Positions 7,789 to 17,308 of a stretch of 40,234 nt of DNA are shown in pieces. The position numbers and the translations under genes were made by a program. The stretch is from an uncultured Fidelibacterota bacterium (GTDB lineage Bacteria; Fidelibacterota; Marinisomatia; Marinisomatales; UBA1611). The notes beneath the pieces are model-generated. The model did not search any database and had not been told where the DNA came from. It saw nothing but the letters and a program-made list of their open reading frames with translations. Numbering within the stretch: position 1 is the stretch's first letter; every line of letters begins with the position of its first letter. The stretch lies in the NCBI GenBank assembly GCA_913040915.1, contig CAJWHW010000019.1:1-40234 (forward strand), given 5' to 3'.

Positions 7789-10160
7789 GATCTTAATTTA
7801 GCATTAAAGTTTGACTCAGCAATATGGATAATGTCGTTTATTACCGGAGTTACATCTTTATCTTCAAGTGTTTTGGAATTGTGTTGAAATAGAAGAGAGA
7901 ATGTGACACTTTTTAATCCTTCACCAAGTGTTGACTTATCAACAAAAATATTAACTGGTTCTGCTTCAACAATAAGATTTTTACCATTTTTGAACATCAT
8001 ATCAAGAACGGGTCCAACATTCTGTGTTTCAGGCATAACTAAGTTCAGATCCCGTGGTACTTTTGGAAAGGAATTAATGAACTGAAATCTCTTTTTAGTA
8101 CCTAACATTTTCAAAATAGGCTCCAGATTTATTTCAAAACCAAATGATTCGTCGACATCTAAACCCATAGTCTGTATCCAGTCTTGTGATAAGCGTCCCA
8201 TGGCACCTACATCCTGATTATTTATTAGAATAGTTTGAGCATAATCAAATCCTCTGTAATCACCCCTTATTAGTTGAATTTTCATACATAATTTTTTTTG
8301 AAAAAGGCTAATTAAATACCCTTTTAATGTAAATAAATCTTCTTTTTTCCCATTAGAATGAACAGATGTGCTTATTTTATCGCCATAAATAATTCCAGCT
8401 AGGTGCCTGTATTCCTTGATTCCTTCAAACCCTCTACCTATTTGTTCATGAATATTGGCAAGTTCAAATAATCTAAAATCAAAGTTCCCATTTTTTATAT
8501 TAAAGTCCGCAAATTTCATTAGACCAGGAATAAGAGAAGTTCGTAAGTAAGCCATTTCCTGGTTTAATGGGTTCAACATTTTTATAGGTGCTTTACCTTG
8601 TAATGAAGCGTCACTCTTATTTTGTAGAGAATTAGCATAAACCTGGTGGAAACCAAAGCCAGCTAGGGTTGAGCGAATTGGGTCTATTTTGTATTCAGGA
8701 TCTGGTGTATTGTATCTAAAAGTTCCATACATTTTTTCATCTGATGGAATATTATCATACCCTATCATCCTAGCAATTTCTTCAATAATATCAATTTCTC
8801 GCTCAAGATCAGGACGGTATGATGGTGGTGTGCAATTCCATATTTGATCCGAATGGCTGAAAACAATGCCTAAAGCACTTAAAATTCTTTCAACTTCTTT
8901 TTTGCTAACTTCGAATCCCATAATAAGATCCAGTTCTGATTTTCTGAAATTAATTTCTGGAAAGTTTATTTTCTTAGGATAAACATCAATTATCTCAGAA
9001 GCAAATTCCCCACCAGCAAGTTCTTCTATTAAAGATATTACTCTCCAGAATGCATTTATAGTACCTTCAGGATCAGCACCACGCTCAAATCGTTTAGATG
9101 CGTCAGTACTCATTTGAACACTTTTTGCACTTTTACGTATTGTTACAGGATCGAAATAGGCACTTTCAACTAAAACAGTAGTTGTATCATCAGATATAGC
9201 AGATTCCAATCCACCCATTACTCCTGCCAATGCTATTGGATTATGACCGTCGGTGATTAATAAATGGTTAGCTGAGAGCTTATGTTTTTCTTCATCTAAG
9301 GTTGTTAGTACCTCTCCTTTTTTTGCTCGTCGAACTAAAATTTCCTTTTGCCGGAGCCTATTATAATCAAATATATGTGTAGGGTGACCCATTTCCAGTA
9401 AGACATAATTTGAAATATCTACCAGATTATTTATACTTCTCTGACCTGCTGCTTTTAGTTTTGCAACCATCCAGTCAGGACTGGGACCTACTTTGACGTT
9501 TTTTACAATTCCACCTACATATCTTGGGCAATCATCTGGATTTTCCATTTTAATGGATAGTAGTTCATTGCCCTTAGATTCTATAGGATTTATCTGGAGT
9601 GGCTTGAATTTACGATTTGTAGCACAGGCAATGTCTCTGGCAATTCCTTGATGTGAAAAAGCATCAGGACGATTGGGTGTAATATCTAATTCAAGAGATA
9701 AGAATTTTTTCCCAAAGGAATCCATGAAATTTTCACCATGACTCAAATCATTCGGCAGAACAAATATACCATCGTCCTCATCAGAAATTTGCAGTTCTTT
9801 TTCAGAGCAGATCATACCATATGATTCGACACCGCGAATATTCGCTTTTTTTAGCTTGAAATTTCCCGGTAACACAGAACCAACGGTTGCAAATACAATA
9901 TTCTGGCCAGCATCTACATTTGGAGCCCCACATACAACTTGATGAATATTCTTACCATCATTTACAGTACATAATTTTAATTTATCTGCATTCGGATGTT
10001 TTTCTGCTGTTTCAACATAACCTATTACAACACCCGGTAATTCATTATGGACTCCGATCACTTCAGCTTCTAAACCAGTATTTGAAAGTAATTCTGCTAA
10101 TTCTTCAGGAGTCTCAGTAATATCAACAAACGATTTTAACCATTCTATAGAAACCTTCAT
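7785..10160 (-). CDS. pheT: Phenylalanine--tRNA ligase beta subunit
   Basis: KHPNADKL, VVCGAPNV, ELDITPNRPD, STDASKRFERG, PSYRPDL motifs; C-terminal FDX-ACB domain. Confidence 0.99.
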   Translation of the reverse strand: MKVSIEWLKSFVDITETPEELAELLSNTGLEAEVIGVHNELPGVVIGYVETAEKHPNADKLKLCTVNDGKNIHQVVCGAPNVDAGQNIVFATVGSVLPGNFKLKKANIRGVESYGMICSEKELQISDEDDGIFVLPNDLSHGENFMDSFGKKFLSLELDITPNRPDAFSHQGIARDIACATNRKFKPLQINPIESKGNELLSIKMENPDDCPRYVGGIVKNVKVGPSPDWMVAKLKAAGQRSINNLVDISNYVLLEMGHPTHIFDYNRLRQKEILVRRAKKGEVLTTLDEEKHKLSANHLLITDGHNPIALAGVMGGLESAISDDTTTVLVESAYFDPVTIRKSAKSVQMSTDASKRFERGADPEGTINAFWRVISLIEELAGGEFASEIIDVYPKKINFPEINFRKSELDLIMGFEVSKKEVERILSALGIVFSHSDQIWNCTPPSYRPDLEREIDIIEEIARMIGYDNIPSDEKMYGTFRYNTPDPEYKIDPIRSTLAGFGFHQVYANSLQNKSDASLQGKAPIKMLNPLNQEMAYLRTSLIPGLMKFADFNIKNGNFDFRLFELANIHEQIGRGFEGIKEYRHLAGIIYGDKISTSVHSNGKKEDLFTLKGYLISLFQKKLCMKIQLIRGDYRGFDYAQTILINNQDVGAMGRLSQDWIQTMGLDVDESFGFEINLEPILKMLGTKKRFQFINSFPKVPRDLNLVMPETQNVGPVLDMMFKNGKNLIVEAEPVNIFVDKSTLGEGLKSVTFSLLFQHNSKTLEDKDVTPVINDIIHIAESNFNAKLRS

Positions 10161-11152
10161 GAGAACTGTTCCATAAATCGAATATCACCATTATAAAATA
10201 AACGAATATCATGAATATTATATTTAAGCATAGCAATTCTTTCTACACCCATACCAAAAGCATATCCGTGCCACTTTTTTGAATCATAGCCCACATTATC
10301 AAGAACAGCAGGATCTACCATGCCACACCCTAAAATTTCCATCCACTTTTGGCGTTCATTATCCCACATATCTACTTCTGCACTTGGCTCAGTAAATGGA
10401 AAATAGGAAGGGCGAAATCTCATTTTCTTTTTTGGTCCGAACATTTGTTTTACAAAATACTCCAGACATCCTTTTAATTCACCAAATGACACGCTTTCAT
10501 TAATATAAATCCCTTCTACCTGATGAAATAGACAATAAGATTTATAGCCTATTGCTTCATTCCTGTAAACTCTTCCAGGTACGATATATCGAATAGGTGG
10601 ATCTTCATTTTCCATCAAATGAATTTGGACATTAGATGTATGGGTCCTTAATACTGTATTCGGGTCTATAAAGAAAGTATCCTGCATATCCCTTGCAGGA
10701 TGATGCTCTGGTATATTTAGTGCTGAAAAATTGTGATAATCGTCATCCACTTCCGGCCCATAAGCCACATGAAAACCTATTGATTTAAAAATTTCTTTTA
10801 TCTCTTGGAGAGTCTGCTCCAAAATATGAATAGAACCGACTCGGGGTGCAACTCCTGGCAAAGTAAGATCAACTGCATCATCTTCTAAAGACTGATTAGA
10901 CGCTGAAGCACTAGCCTCTTTTTTATCGAAAATTGCTGTGAGTTCTGATTTTAGTTTATTAAGCTTTTTACCTAAGGTTGGCCGTTCTTCAGGAGATGCT
11001 TTTCCCATAAGAGAAAATAAAGCCGAAACCTTTCCCTTTCTTCCCAAAAATTTGGAACGCAATTCATCAATTTCTTGAGGTAATTCTGGAAAGGATTCAA
11101 GTTCGGCCAGGAATTCCTCCCTGACCGACTCGAGTTGTTCCATCATTGACAT
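10157..11152 (-). CDS. pheS: Phenylalanine--tRNA ligase alpha subunit
   Basis: HPARDMQDTFF, LRTHTS, FHQVEG, RFRPSYFPFTEPSAEVD, FGMGVERIAM. Confidence 0.99.
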   Translation of the reverse strand: MSMMEQLESVREEFLAELESFPELPQEIDELRSKFLGRKGKVSALFSLMGKASPEERPTLGKKLNKLKSELTAIFDKKEASASASNQSLEDDAVDLTLPGVAPRVGSIHILEQTLQEIKEIFKSIGFHVAYGPEVDDDYHNFSALNIPEHHPARDMQDTFFIDPNTVLRTHTSNVQIHLMENEDPPIRYIVPGRVYRNEAIGYKSYCLFHQVEGIYINESVSFGELKGCLEYFVKQMFGPKKKMRFRPSYFPFTEPSAEVDMWDNERQKWMEILGCGMVDPAVLDNVGYDSKKWHGYAFGMGVERIAMLKYNIHDIRLFYNGDIRFMEQFS

Positions 11153-11159
11153 TCCAAGT

Positions 11160-11504
11160 TTATTTCAGGGAATCTGTCAATGCAGTAAAGGCTTGCGGAT
11201 CATTCACAGCCATATCAGCCAGAATTTTCCGATCCAAGTCAATACCATTGGTTTTCAGACCATTAATAAAAGCAGAATATGTTGTCCCATTAAGCCTACA
11301 AGCTGCATTAATGCGCGTAATCCACAATCTTCGAAACTGACGTTTCCTTTGTCTTCTATCGCGATAGGCGTAAAGACCTGCTTTTACAACTGCATCTTTA
11401 GCAGACTTGAATGTGCGGCTCCGGGCACCATAGTAGCCTTTGGCCTGCTTGACGATTTTCCGATGGCGACGGTGTCGGGGAACGGAACTGTTTGCTCTTG
11501 GCAT
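11160..11504 (-). CDS. rplT: 50S ribosomal protein L20
   Basis: [45 protein letters not shown]. Confidence 0.99.
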   Translation of the reverse strand: MPRANSSVPRHRRHRKIVKQAKGYYGARSRTFKSAKDAVVKAGLYAYRDRRQRKRQFRRLWITRINAACRLNGTTYSAFINGLKTNGIDLDRKILADMAVNDPQAFTALTDSLK

Positions 11505-11522
11505 ATTATCGTCTCCAGATTA

Positions 11523-11717
11523 TTAGACACCCAACATTGCTTTCACGAGTTTGCGATCAGAATTGGAAACAAGTCCGTCTTGCCTCATCTTACGTTTCGC
11601 TTTGTTCGATCTGCGAATGAGCATATGTCTATGGTTTGCTTTATTTCGTTTAATTCGGCCAGAACCTGTGATTTTAAACCGTTTGGCGGCTCCGCGCCGT
11701 GTTTTCATTTTAGGCAT
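11523..11717 (-). CDS. rpmI: 50S ribosomal protein L35
   Basis: MPKMKTRRGAAKRFKITGSG; lies between infC and rplT. Confidence 0.99.
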   Translation of the reverse strand: MPKMKTRRGAAKRFKITGSGRIKRNKANHRHMLIRRSNKAKRKMRQDGLVSNSDRKLVKAMLGV

Positions 11718-11726
11718 CTAGCTCTC

Positions 11727-12239
11727 CTATTTTGCATTAAGGATCATTGACATGCGTCGGCCTTCCAAAGGAATATCTTTTTCAACCTCAGCCACATCTG
11801 CCAATTCTTCGAGTACTCTTTCCATAACTATTTTACCAAGATCAATCCGAGAAAGTTCTCGTCCCCGGAACATCAATGTTATTTTTAATTTTGCTCCATC
11901 AGCAAGAAATTTTCTTCCTCGAGTAAGCTTTGTCATTAAATCATGGTCTTCAATTCTTGGCCTTAGCCTGATTTCCTTGACTTTCACAACATGCTGCTTC
12001 TTTTTACTCTGCTGTTGTTTTTTCTTTTCTTCGTATTTTAGTTTGCCGTAATCAACAATCTTGCAAACAGGCGGTTTAGCGCCTGGAGCAACTTCCATTA
12101 AATCCATACCGACATCCTGGGCTTTTTCTATTGCAGCTTCAATGGGAACAACACCTAATTGTTCTCCATCTGCCGAAATTAATCGTACTTCGTCAGAAGT
12201 AATTTCATCATTCAGTCGCTGCTTCTGCTTTTTCGCTAT
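11727..12239 (-). CDS. infC: Translation initiation factor IF-3, non-canonical ATA start
   Basis: The ORF-track call (start 12107) is truncated. The frame extends to ATA at 12239: (M)AKKQKQRLNDEITSDEVRLISADGEQLGVV..PPVCKIVDYGKLKYE..KEIRLRP. AGGAGA lies 7 nt upstream; 513 nt in frame. Confidence 0.93.
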   Translation of the reverse strand: MAKKQKQRLNDEITSDEVRLISADGEQLGVVPIEAAIEKAQDVGMDLMEVAPGAKPPVCKIVDYGKLKYEEKKKQQQSKKKQHVVKVKEIRLRPRIEDHDLMTKLTRGRKFLADGAKLKITLMFRGRELSRIDLGKIVMERVLEELADVAEVEKDIPLEGRRMSMILNAK

Positions 12240-14178
12240 GAGAGAGTCTCCTATGTTTTATTTCATCATTTAATTCATTAATCAAGGTATCTAAAGAATA
12301 TGCACCTGTATCTCCTTCGAATCTACGACGAAGTGAGACAGTATTGTTTGATGCTTCTTTTTCTCCAACGATTAACATAATATTAATTTTTTCTAATTCA
12401 GCTTGACGAATCTTTGCGCCAATTTTGTCAGCTTTATCGTTTAATTTTGCTCGGAAACCGTTCTGGCGTAATTGTTGTGTTATATCCGATGCATAATCTA
12501 AATTTTTATCTGATACAGGCAGAACAGTGACTTGAACCGGTGCCAACCAGAGTGGGAAATTACCTCCAAAATGTTCAATCAGGAATCCAATAAATCTTTC
12601 ATGAGTTCCTAGAGGTGCACGGTGAATACATAGCGGTGTTTGGGAAGTACCATATTCATCTACATATTCTAAATTAAATTTTTCCGGTACAGCAAAATCT
12701 ACCTGATTAGTTGCTAAAGTGAACTCTTTTCCTATAGCACTCCATACTTGGACATCAATTTTAGGCCCGTAAAATGCCGCTTCACCCGGTACTTCAACAA
12801 AATCAATACCTCCTTGATTTAAGGCTTCTCTTACCCAATCTTCAGTTTCTAGCCATAATTCTGGTTCATTTACATATTTTTTCCCCAGTCCTTCTTTATC
12901 ATGAAGACTTAGACGCATCGAATATTTCTTTATTCCAAAAATATTAAAATATTTCAAATACATTTTACAGACGCTAAGAAATTCTTGCTTAAACTGATCT
13001 TTAGTGCAATAAATATGTGCGTCATTCATCTGCAAGCTTCGTACCCTCATAAGTCCAAATAATTGTCCAGATTTTTCATAACGGTAACAAGTACCATATT
13101 CTGCTAGCCTTAAAGGTAAATCACGATAACTACGTGGCGATGATGCATAAATTTTATGGTGATGTGGACAATTCATTGGTTTAACAAAATATTCTATTCC
13201 ATCAACATCCATGGCCGGGTACATGGACTCTTTATAATGCTTTAAATGTCCAGATTTTTCATAAAGAGTTCCCTTTGTTAAATGAGGTGATCGGACTTGG
13301 TCATACCCAGCATCCCATTCAGAGTCTTTTGCTAATTTTTCCAATTCATCAATCATAACTGTTCCATTAGGTAACCACAGGGGTAAACCAGGACCTACTT
13401 CATCATCGAATGTAAATATATTTAATTCTTTTCCTAGTTTACGATGATCTCTCTTTTTTGCTTCTTCTAAATTATATAAATGTTTTTTTAACGCATCTTT
13501 TGTTGCAAATACAGTGCCATAAATACGTTGGAGCATTTTATTATTCTCATCTCCACGCCAATATGCACCTGAAGTGGATAATAATTTAAAATGTTTAATC
13601 TTTGACGTATTTGAAACATGTGGACCACGGCAAAGATCTGTGAAATCATTTTGTGTATATGCTGATATATTGTCATTTGGATCAATTTGCTCAATTATCT
13701 CCACCTTATAACTCTCACCTATATCACTAAATAATTTGATTGCATCATTAACAGAAATTTCCTGTCTGGTAATTTCTTGTCCTGCCTTAGCAAGTTCTTT
13801 CATTTTCTGCTCAATTCTAGTCAGAATTTCTTCAGAGAAAGACACATCTGTATCAAAATCATAGTAAAATCCATTTTCAATAGTAGGCCCAATTGTAACC
13901 TTTGTGTCAGGGTATAGTTCTTTTACAGCCTGAGCCATCAGGTGAGCAGTGGAATGTAGCAAAGTGTCATGACCCTCAGGAGTTTCTCCTGTAAATAATT
14001 CTAGAGAAGAATCATGAAAAATCGGAGTATTTAAGTCAGTGAATTTTCCATTAACTTTGGCTACAACAACAGCACGTGCCAATCCTGAGCCGATACTATC
14101 TGCTACTTGCTGTGGAGTTGTACCATTAGAAACAGTTTTTACTGAATTATCCGGTAATTTTATTTTGATTTCATCCAT
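12208..14178 (-). CDS. thrS: Threonine--tRNA ligase
   Basis: N-terminal TGS domain, HSTAHLMAQAV, DLCRGPHV, RDHRKLG, KPMNCPHH, FYGPKID, IHRAPLGTHERF. Confidence 0.99.
   Translation of the reverse strand: MDEIKIKLPDNSVKTVSNGTTPQQVADSIGSGLARAVVVAKVNGKFTDLNTPIFHDSSLELFTGETPEGHDTLLHSTAHLMAQAVKELYPDTKVTIGPTIENGFYYDFDTDVSFSEEILTRIEQKMKELAKAGQEITRQEISVNDAIKLFSDIGESYKVEIIEQIDPNDNISAYTQNDFTDLCRGPHVSNTSKIKHFKLLSTSGAYWRGDENNKMLQRIYGTVFATKDALKKHLYNLEEAKKRDHRKLGKELNIFTFDDEVGPGLPLWLPNGTVMIDELEKLAKDSEWDAGYDQVRSPHLTKGTLYEKSGHLKHYKESMYPAMDVDGIEYFVKPMNCPHHHKIYASSPRSYRDLPLRLAEYGTCYRYEKSGQLFGLMRVRSLQMNDAHIYCTKDQFKQEFLSVCKMYLKYFNIFGIKKYSMRLSLHDKEGLGKKYVNEPELWLETEDWVREALNQGGIDFVEVPGEAAFYGPKIDVQVWSAIGKEFTLATNQVDFAVPEKFNLEYVDEYGTSQTPLCIHRAPLGTHERFIGFLIEHFGGNFPLWLAPVQVTVLPVSDKNLDYASDITQQLRQNGFRAKLNDKADKIGAKIRQAELEKINIMLIVGEKEASNNTVSLRRRFEGDTGAYSLDTLINELNDEIKHRRLSHSEKAEAATE
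12247..12252 (-). promoter_or_regulatory. Shine-Dalgarno sequence (AGGAGA) for infC, inside the thrS 3' end
   Basis: Minus strand reads cat-AGGAGA-ctctctc-ATA-gcg. Confidence 0.8.
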
Positions 14179-14185
14179 AATTATG

Positions 14186-14259
14186 TGGGCGATGACGGAG
14201 TCGAACCGCCGACCTCTACGATGTCAACGTAGCGCTCTAACCAACTGAGCTAATCGCCC
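14186..14259 (-). tRNA. tRNA-Val(GAC), CCA not encoded
   Basis: GGGCGATTAGCTCAGTTGGTTAGAGCG-CTACG-TTGACAT-CGTAG-AGGTCGGCGGTTCGACTCCGTCATCGCCCA; cloverleaf with anticodon GAC. Confidence 0.97.
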
Positions 14260-14333
14260 GACGAAAAGTCGGCGAAATTACGAAGGGAATTGTTTTATTA
14301 TAAACGATAATTATTGTATGAAGGTAAAGGATA

Positions 14334-15992
14334 CTATTCATCTAAAATGGATGATTCGATTTGAGGGGAAAATATTTTCTCATACACAATTGGATCATGT
14401 AATATGGTAATGGCTTTTTGTATGTCTTTATCCTGTGTTGCAGATAATTTCACTCTTCCCTGGTCCCCATGGAAATAATCCGCAAATTCTACCATTAACC
14501 AATGATGAAGTTTTTCACTCTCAGTCTCGAATTGTGTCATTGCTTTTTCTTCAAAATATGAATCTAGAATGTCAACAGCACCTTGGATTTGTATATTAGT
14601 AGAATCTAGTTTCCACAACATTTCTTTCATATCAAGATAATCGGATTCACCTTTTACAAAAATATCGATATCCCTTTCATAAATATATTCTTCAAACTTT
14701 GGCATTAGAGTTGAATCTGATTGCACACTTTCATAAGTAGGATAATTAGTTTTATTCTTTTGAACAAAACTAAAAAATAAACCTTGTCTCCAACTTGCTG
14801 ATAAAATCGGCGTTATATTATCTAACTCAATTTCATGATCAGGTATAATTCCACCTTCACCAGAAACTTCTCTACCTCCTTTTGTATAAAACAGACTGTC
14901 CTGCTTAGAAGTATCTGCCAATATATTTTGAGGAAGATAACCTGGTTTTTGGATTAATCGACCACTTGGAATATAATATTTTGCTGTTGTTATCTTTAAT
15001 GATCGTTCTTTATCAATATTAAATACGGTTTGGACTAAACCTTTTCCAAATGTGGAACGACCAATCACGATACCTCGATCTAAATCCTGTAATGTACCGG
15101 CAACAATTTCACTTGCAGATGCACTGCCTTGATTAACCAATACAGCAATATTAACATCTTTAGGGACTATTGGGTCAGATTTACTGCGATATTTACGATA
15201 AGATTTTTGAGTTTTCCCTTCTGTCCAAACTAACATTTCACCTTTATCCACAAGCAGATCTAAAATATTTACTGCCGCATTAAGAAGACCACCGGGGTTA
15301 TCGCGGAGATCAAGGACTAAACTTGTCATATTTTGATCTAATAATTCATTAAGAGATTTTTTTATTTCCTTATCAGAATTTCTGGAAAATCTTGTAAGGC
15401 GGATATACCCAATTTGCTCATCCAACATACCTGAATAAGATATATCCTTTACCTTTATATCTTCTCTAGTAAGAATAAACTCAATGGTCTCACTCACTCC
15501 AAATCTTTGAACAGTCAATTTCACATCAGAACCTTTTTCACCTCGAATTAATTTTGCCGCATCATCCATGGAAAGTCCATCAGTATCAGTTTCATCAATT
15601 TTTATTATTTTATCTCCGCTTATTATCCCAGCACGTTTAGCTGGTGAATTTTCCATAGGAGAAATAACCGTTAACACCTTTTCTCTTTGCCCAATTTGAA
15701 TTCCAACTCCACCATATTTACCCTTTGTAAGCATTTCAATTCCACTTCTCTCTTCATTCTCTAAATAAACAGTATAAGGATCTAGATCATTTAAAATATT
15801 ATTGATACTCATTTTTGTAAAAGCATCCAAGTCAATCTCATCAACATAATTCGTAATTAAATGCCTATAAACATCATTCATTAATGATTGATTTTTTCTG
15901 ACCTGTTTATAAATATCTTTTTTACCTGCACTAATAAATATTAGTGATGAAAATATGATCAATGATAAAGTTCTAATTCTGCGATTTTTCAT
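14334..15992 (-). CDS. ctpA: S41A carboxyl-terminal processing protease with PDZ domain
   Basis: LDPYTVY, GKYGGVGI (PDZ), LDLRDNPGGLL, catalytic SASASEIVAG and TFGKG; N-terminal signal/anchor. Confidence 0.95.
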   Translation of the reverse strand: MKNRRIRTLSLIIFSSLIFISAGKKDIYKQVRKNQSLMNDVYRHLITNYVDEIDLDAFTKMSINNILNDLDPYTVYLENEERSGIEMLTKGKYGGVGIQIGQREKVLTVISPMENSPAKRAGIISGDKIIKIDETDTDGLSMDDAAKLIRGEKGSDVKLTVQRFGVSETIEFILTREDIKVKDISYSGMLDEQIGYIRLTRFSRNSDKEIKKSLNELLDQNMTSLVLDLRDNPGGLLNAAVNILDLLVDKGEMLVWTEGKTQKSYRKYRSKSDPIVPKDVNIAVLVNQGSASASEIVAGTLQDLDRGIVIGRSTFGKGLVQTVFNIDKERSLKITTAKYYIPSGRLIQKPGYLPQNILADTSKQDSLFYTKGGREVSGEGGIIPDHEIELDNITPILSASWRQGLFFSFVQKNKTNYPTYESVQSDSTLMPKFEEYIYERDIDIFVKGESDYLDMKEMLWKLDSTNIQIQGAVDILDSYFEEKAMTQFETESEKLHHWLMVEFADYFHGDQGRVKLSATQDKDIQKAITILHDPIVYEKIFSPQIESSILDE

Positions 15993-16624
15993 ATTAAATT
16001 TTTACGATGATTGATTTCTGCCCAGATTATACGATGGAGTTCATCAAAAGAATTTTTACCGTCAATTATGACAAACCGTTCGGAGAACATATTAGATAAT
16101 TTAAGATATTGTTCTCTAACATTTGTTTGAAATGTAATACCGTCATTTTCAATTCGATCTAAATTTAGTTTTGTCCTTCGTTTATTACATTCATCAGCGG
16201 TGAGGTCAATAAAAAACGTAATATCAGGATCCTTTTCATAGGTTGCAAAATGATTTAGTTTAAGTAAAATATTTAAATCAATTCCCCGACCACCTCCTTG
16301 GTAAGCTAATGTTGAATCTTTAAACCTATCAGCAACAACCCATTTCCCTGAATCTAATTGTGGAATTATAATATCTTTTGTTAATTGAGCACGACTCGCT
16401 GTCATTAACAGAGCCTCTGTCCTACTTGACATTTTATCATCTCTATTTTTTAAAAGTATTTTTCGAATTTCTTCTGAAATTTTTGTACCGCCTGGCTCTC
16501 GTACTAAGCATGATTCAATTTGATGCTTCGATAGACGTTCCATTAACATTTTTACTTGGGTAGTTTTTCCACATCCATCAATACCTTCAAAGGATATAAA
16601 TAGCGGTTTAGTTGAAATAGACAT
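15989..16624 (-). CDS. tmk: Thymidylate kinase (likely start ATG 16624)
   Basis: FISFEGIDGCGKTTQ, REPGGT, ADRFKDSTLAYQGGGRG. Confidence 0.97.
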   Translation of the reverse strand: MSISTKPLFISFEGIDGCGKTTQVKMLMERLSKHQIESCLVREPGGTKISEEIRKILLKNRDDKMSSRTEALLMTASRAQLTKDIIIPQLDSGKWVVADRFKDSTLAYQGGGRGIDLNILLKLNHFATYEKDPDITFFIDLTADECNKRRTKLNLDRIENDGITFQTNVREQYLKLSNMFSERFVIIDGKNSFDELHRIIWAEINHRKNLI

Positions 16625-17306
16625 TTGGATCATCTTTACCCACAAGGATTACACATTCTCCTTTCGGAGTCTTTGCACTAAAATACGATAATAATTCAGA
16701 AAGTGTTCCCCTTTTTATTTCTTCATAAATTTTGGTCAGTTCACGCGCTACGACTGCAGGTCTGTCTCCTAAAATTTCTAATAAGTTTTTCAACGTTCTT
16801 TTTAATCTTCTTGGCGATTCATAATAAATCAAAGTCGCTTCACTGTTCTTGATATTAGAAATTCTTCTTTTACGCCCTTTTTTAGGTGGTAGGAATCCTT
16901 CAAAAAGAAATTTATCTGTAGGCAAGCCGGATGAAACAAGTGCAGTCAATGATGCTGACGCACCTGGCACCGCTTCTAATTTAATTTGATTAGATATACT
17001 TTCACGTATGAGTTTATATGCAGGATCAGAGATACATGGCGTACCAGAATCTGTAATGACCGCCAAATCTTTACCACTATTTAAATGTTGAATTAATTTT
17101 GGGATACGCTTAAACCGATTATGTTCATAATAACTGATAAGTGGAGTAACAATACCGTAATGATTTAATAGTTTTTTTGAATGACGTGTATCTTCTGCAG
17201 CAATCAGATGAACCTGATTCAGAATTTCAACAGCTCTGAATGTAATATCTCCAAGATTTCCAATTGGGGTTGATACGATAAAAAGTGTACCTGCGACCTC
17301 CTTCAC
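16608..17306 (-). CDS. rsmI: 16S rRNA (cytidine1402-2'-O)-methyltransferase
   Basis: LFIVSTPIGNLGDIT, AAEDTR, DSGTPCISDP, YESPRR, ARELTKIYEE; GTG start. Confidence 0.97.
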   Translation of the reverse strand: MKEVAGTLFIVSTPIGNLGDITFRAVEILNQVHLIAAEDTRHSKKLLNHYGIVTPLISYYEHNRFKRIPKLIQHLNSGKDLAVITDSGTPCISDPAYKLIRESISNQIKLEAVPGASASLTALVSSGLPTDKFLFEGFLPPKKGRKRRISNIKNSEATLIYYESPRRLKRTLKNLLEILGDRPAVVARELTKIYEEIKRGTLSELLSYFSAKTPKGECVILVGKDDPNVYFN

Positions 17307-17308
17307 AA

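Noticed and set aside
11727..12107. ORF-track start for infC at ATG 12107
   Set aside because: It removes part of the IF3 N-domain; the SD-supported ATA at 12239 fits better.
13488..13694. 68-aa alternative-frame ORF inside thrS
   Set aside because: Fully nested in a conserved gene, with no family features.
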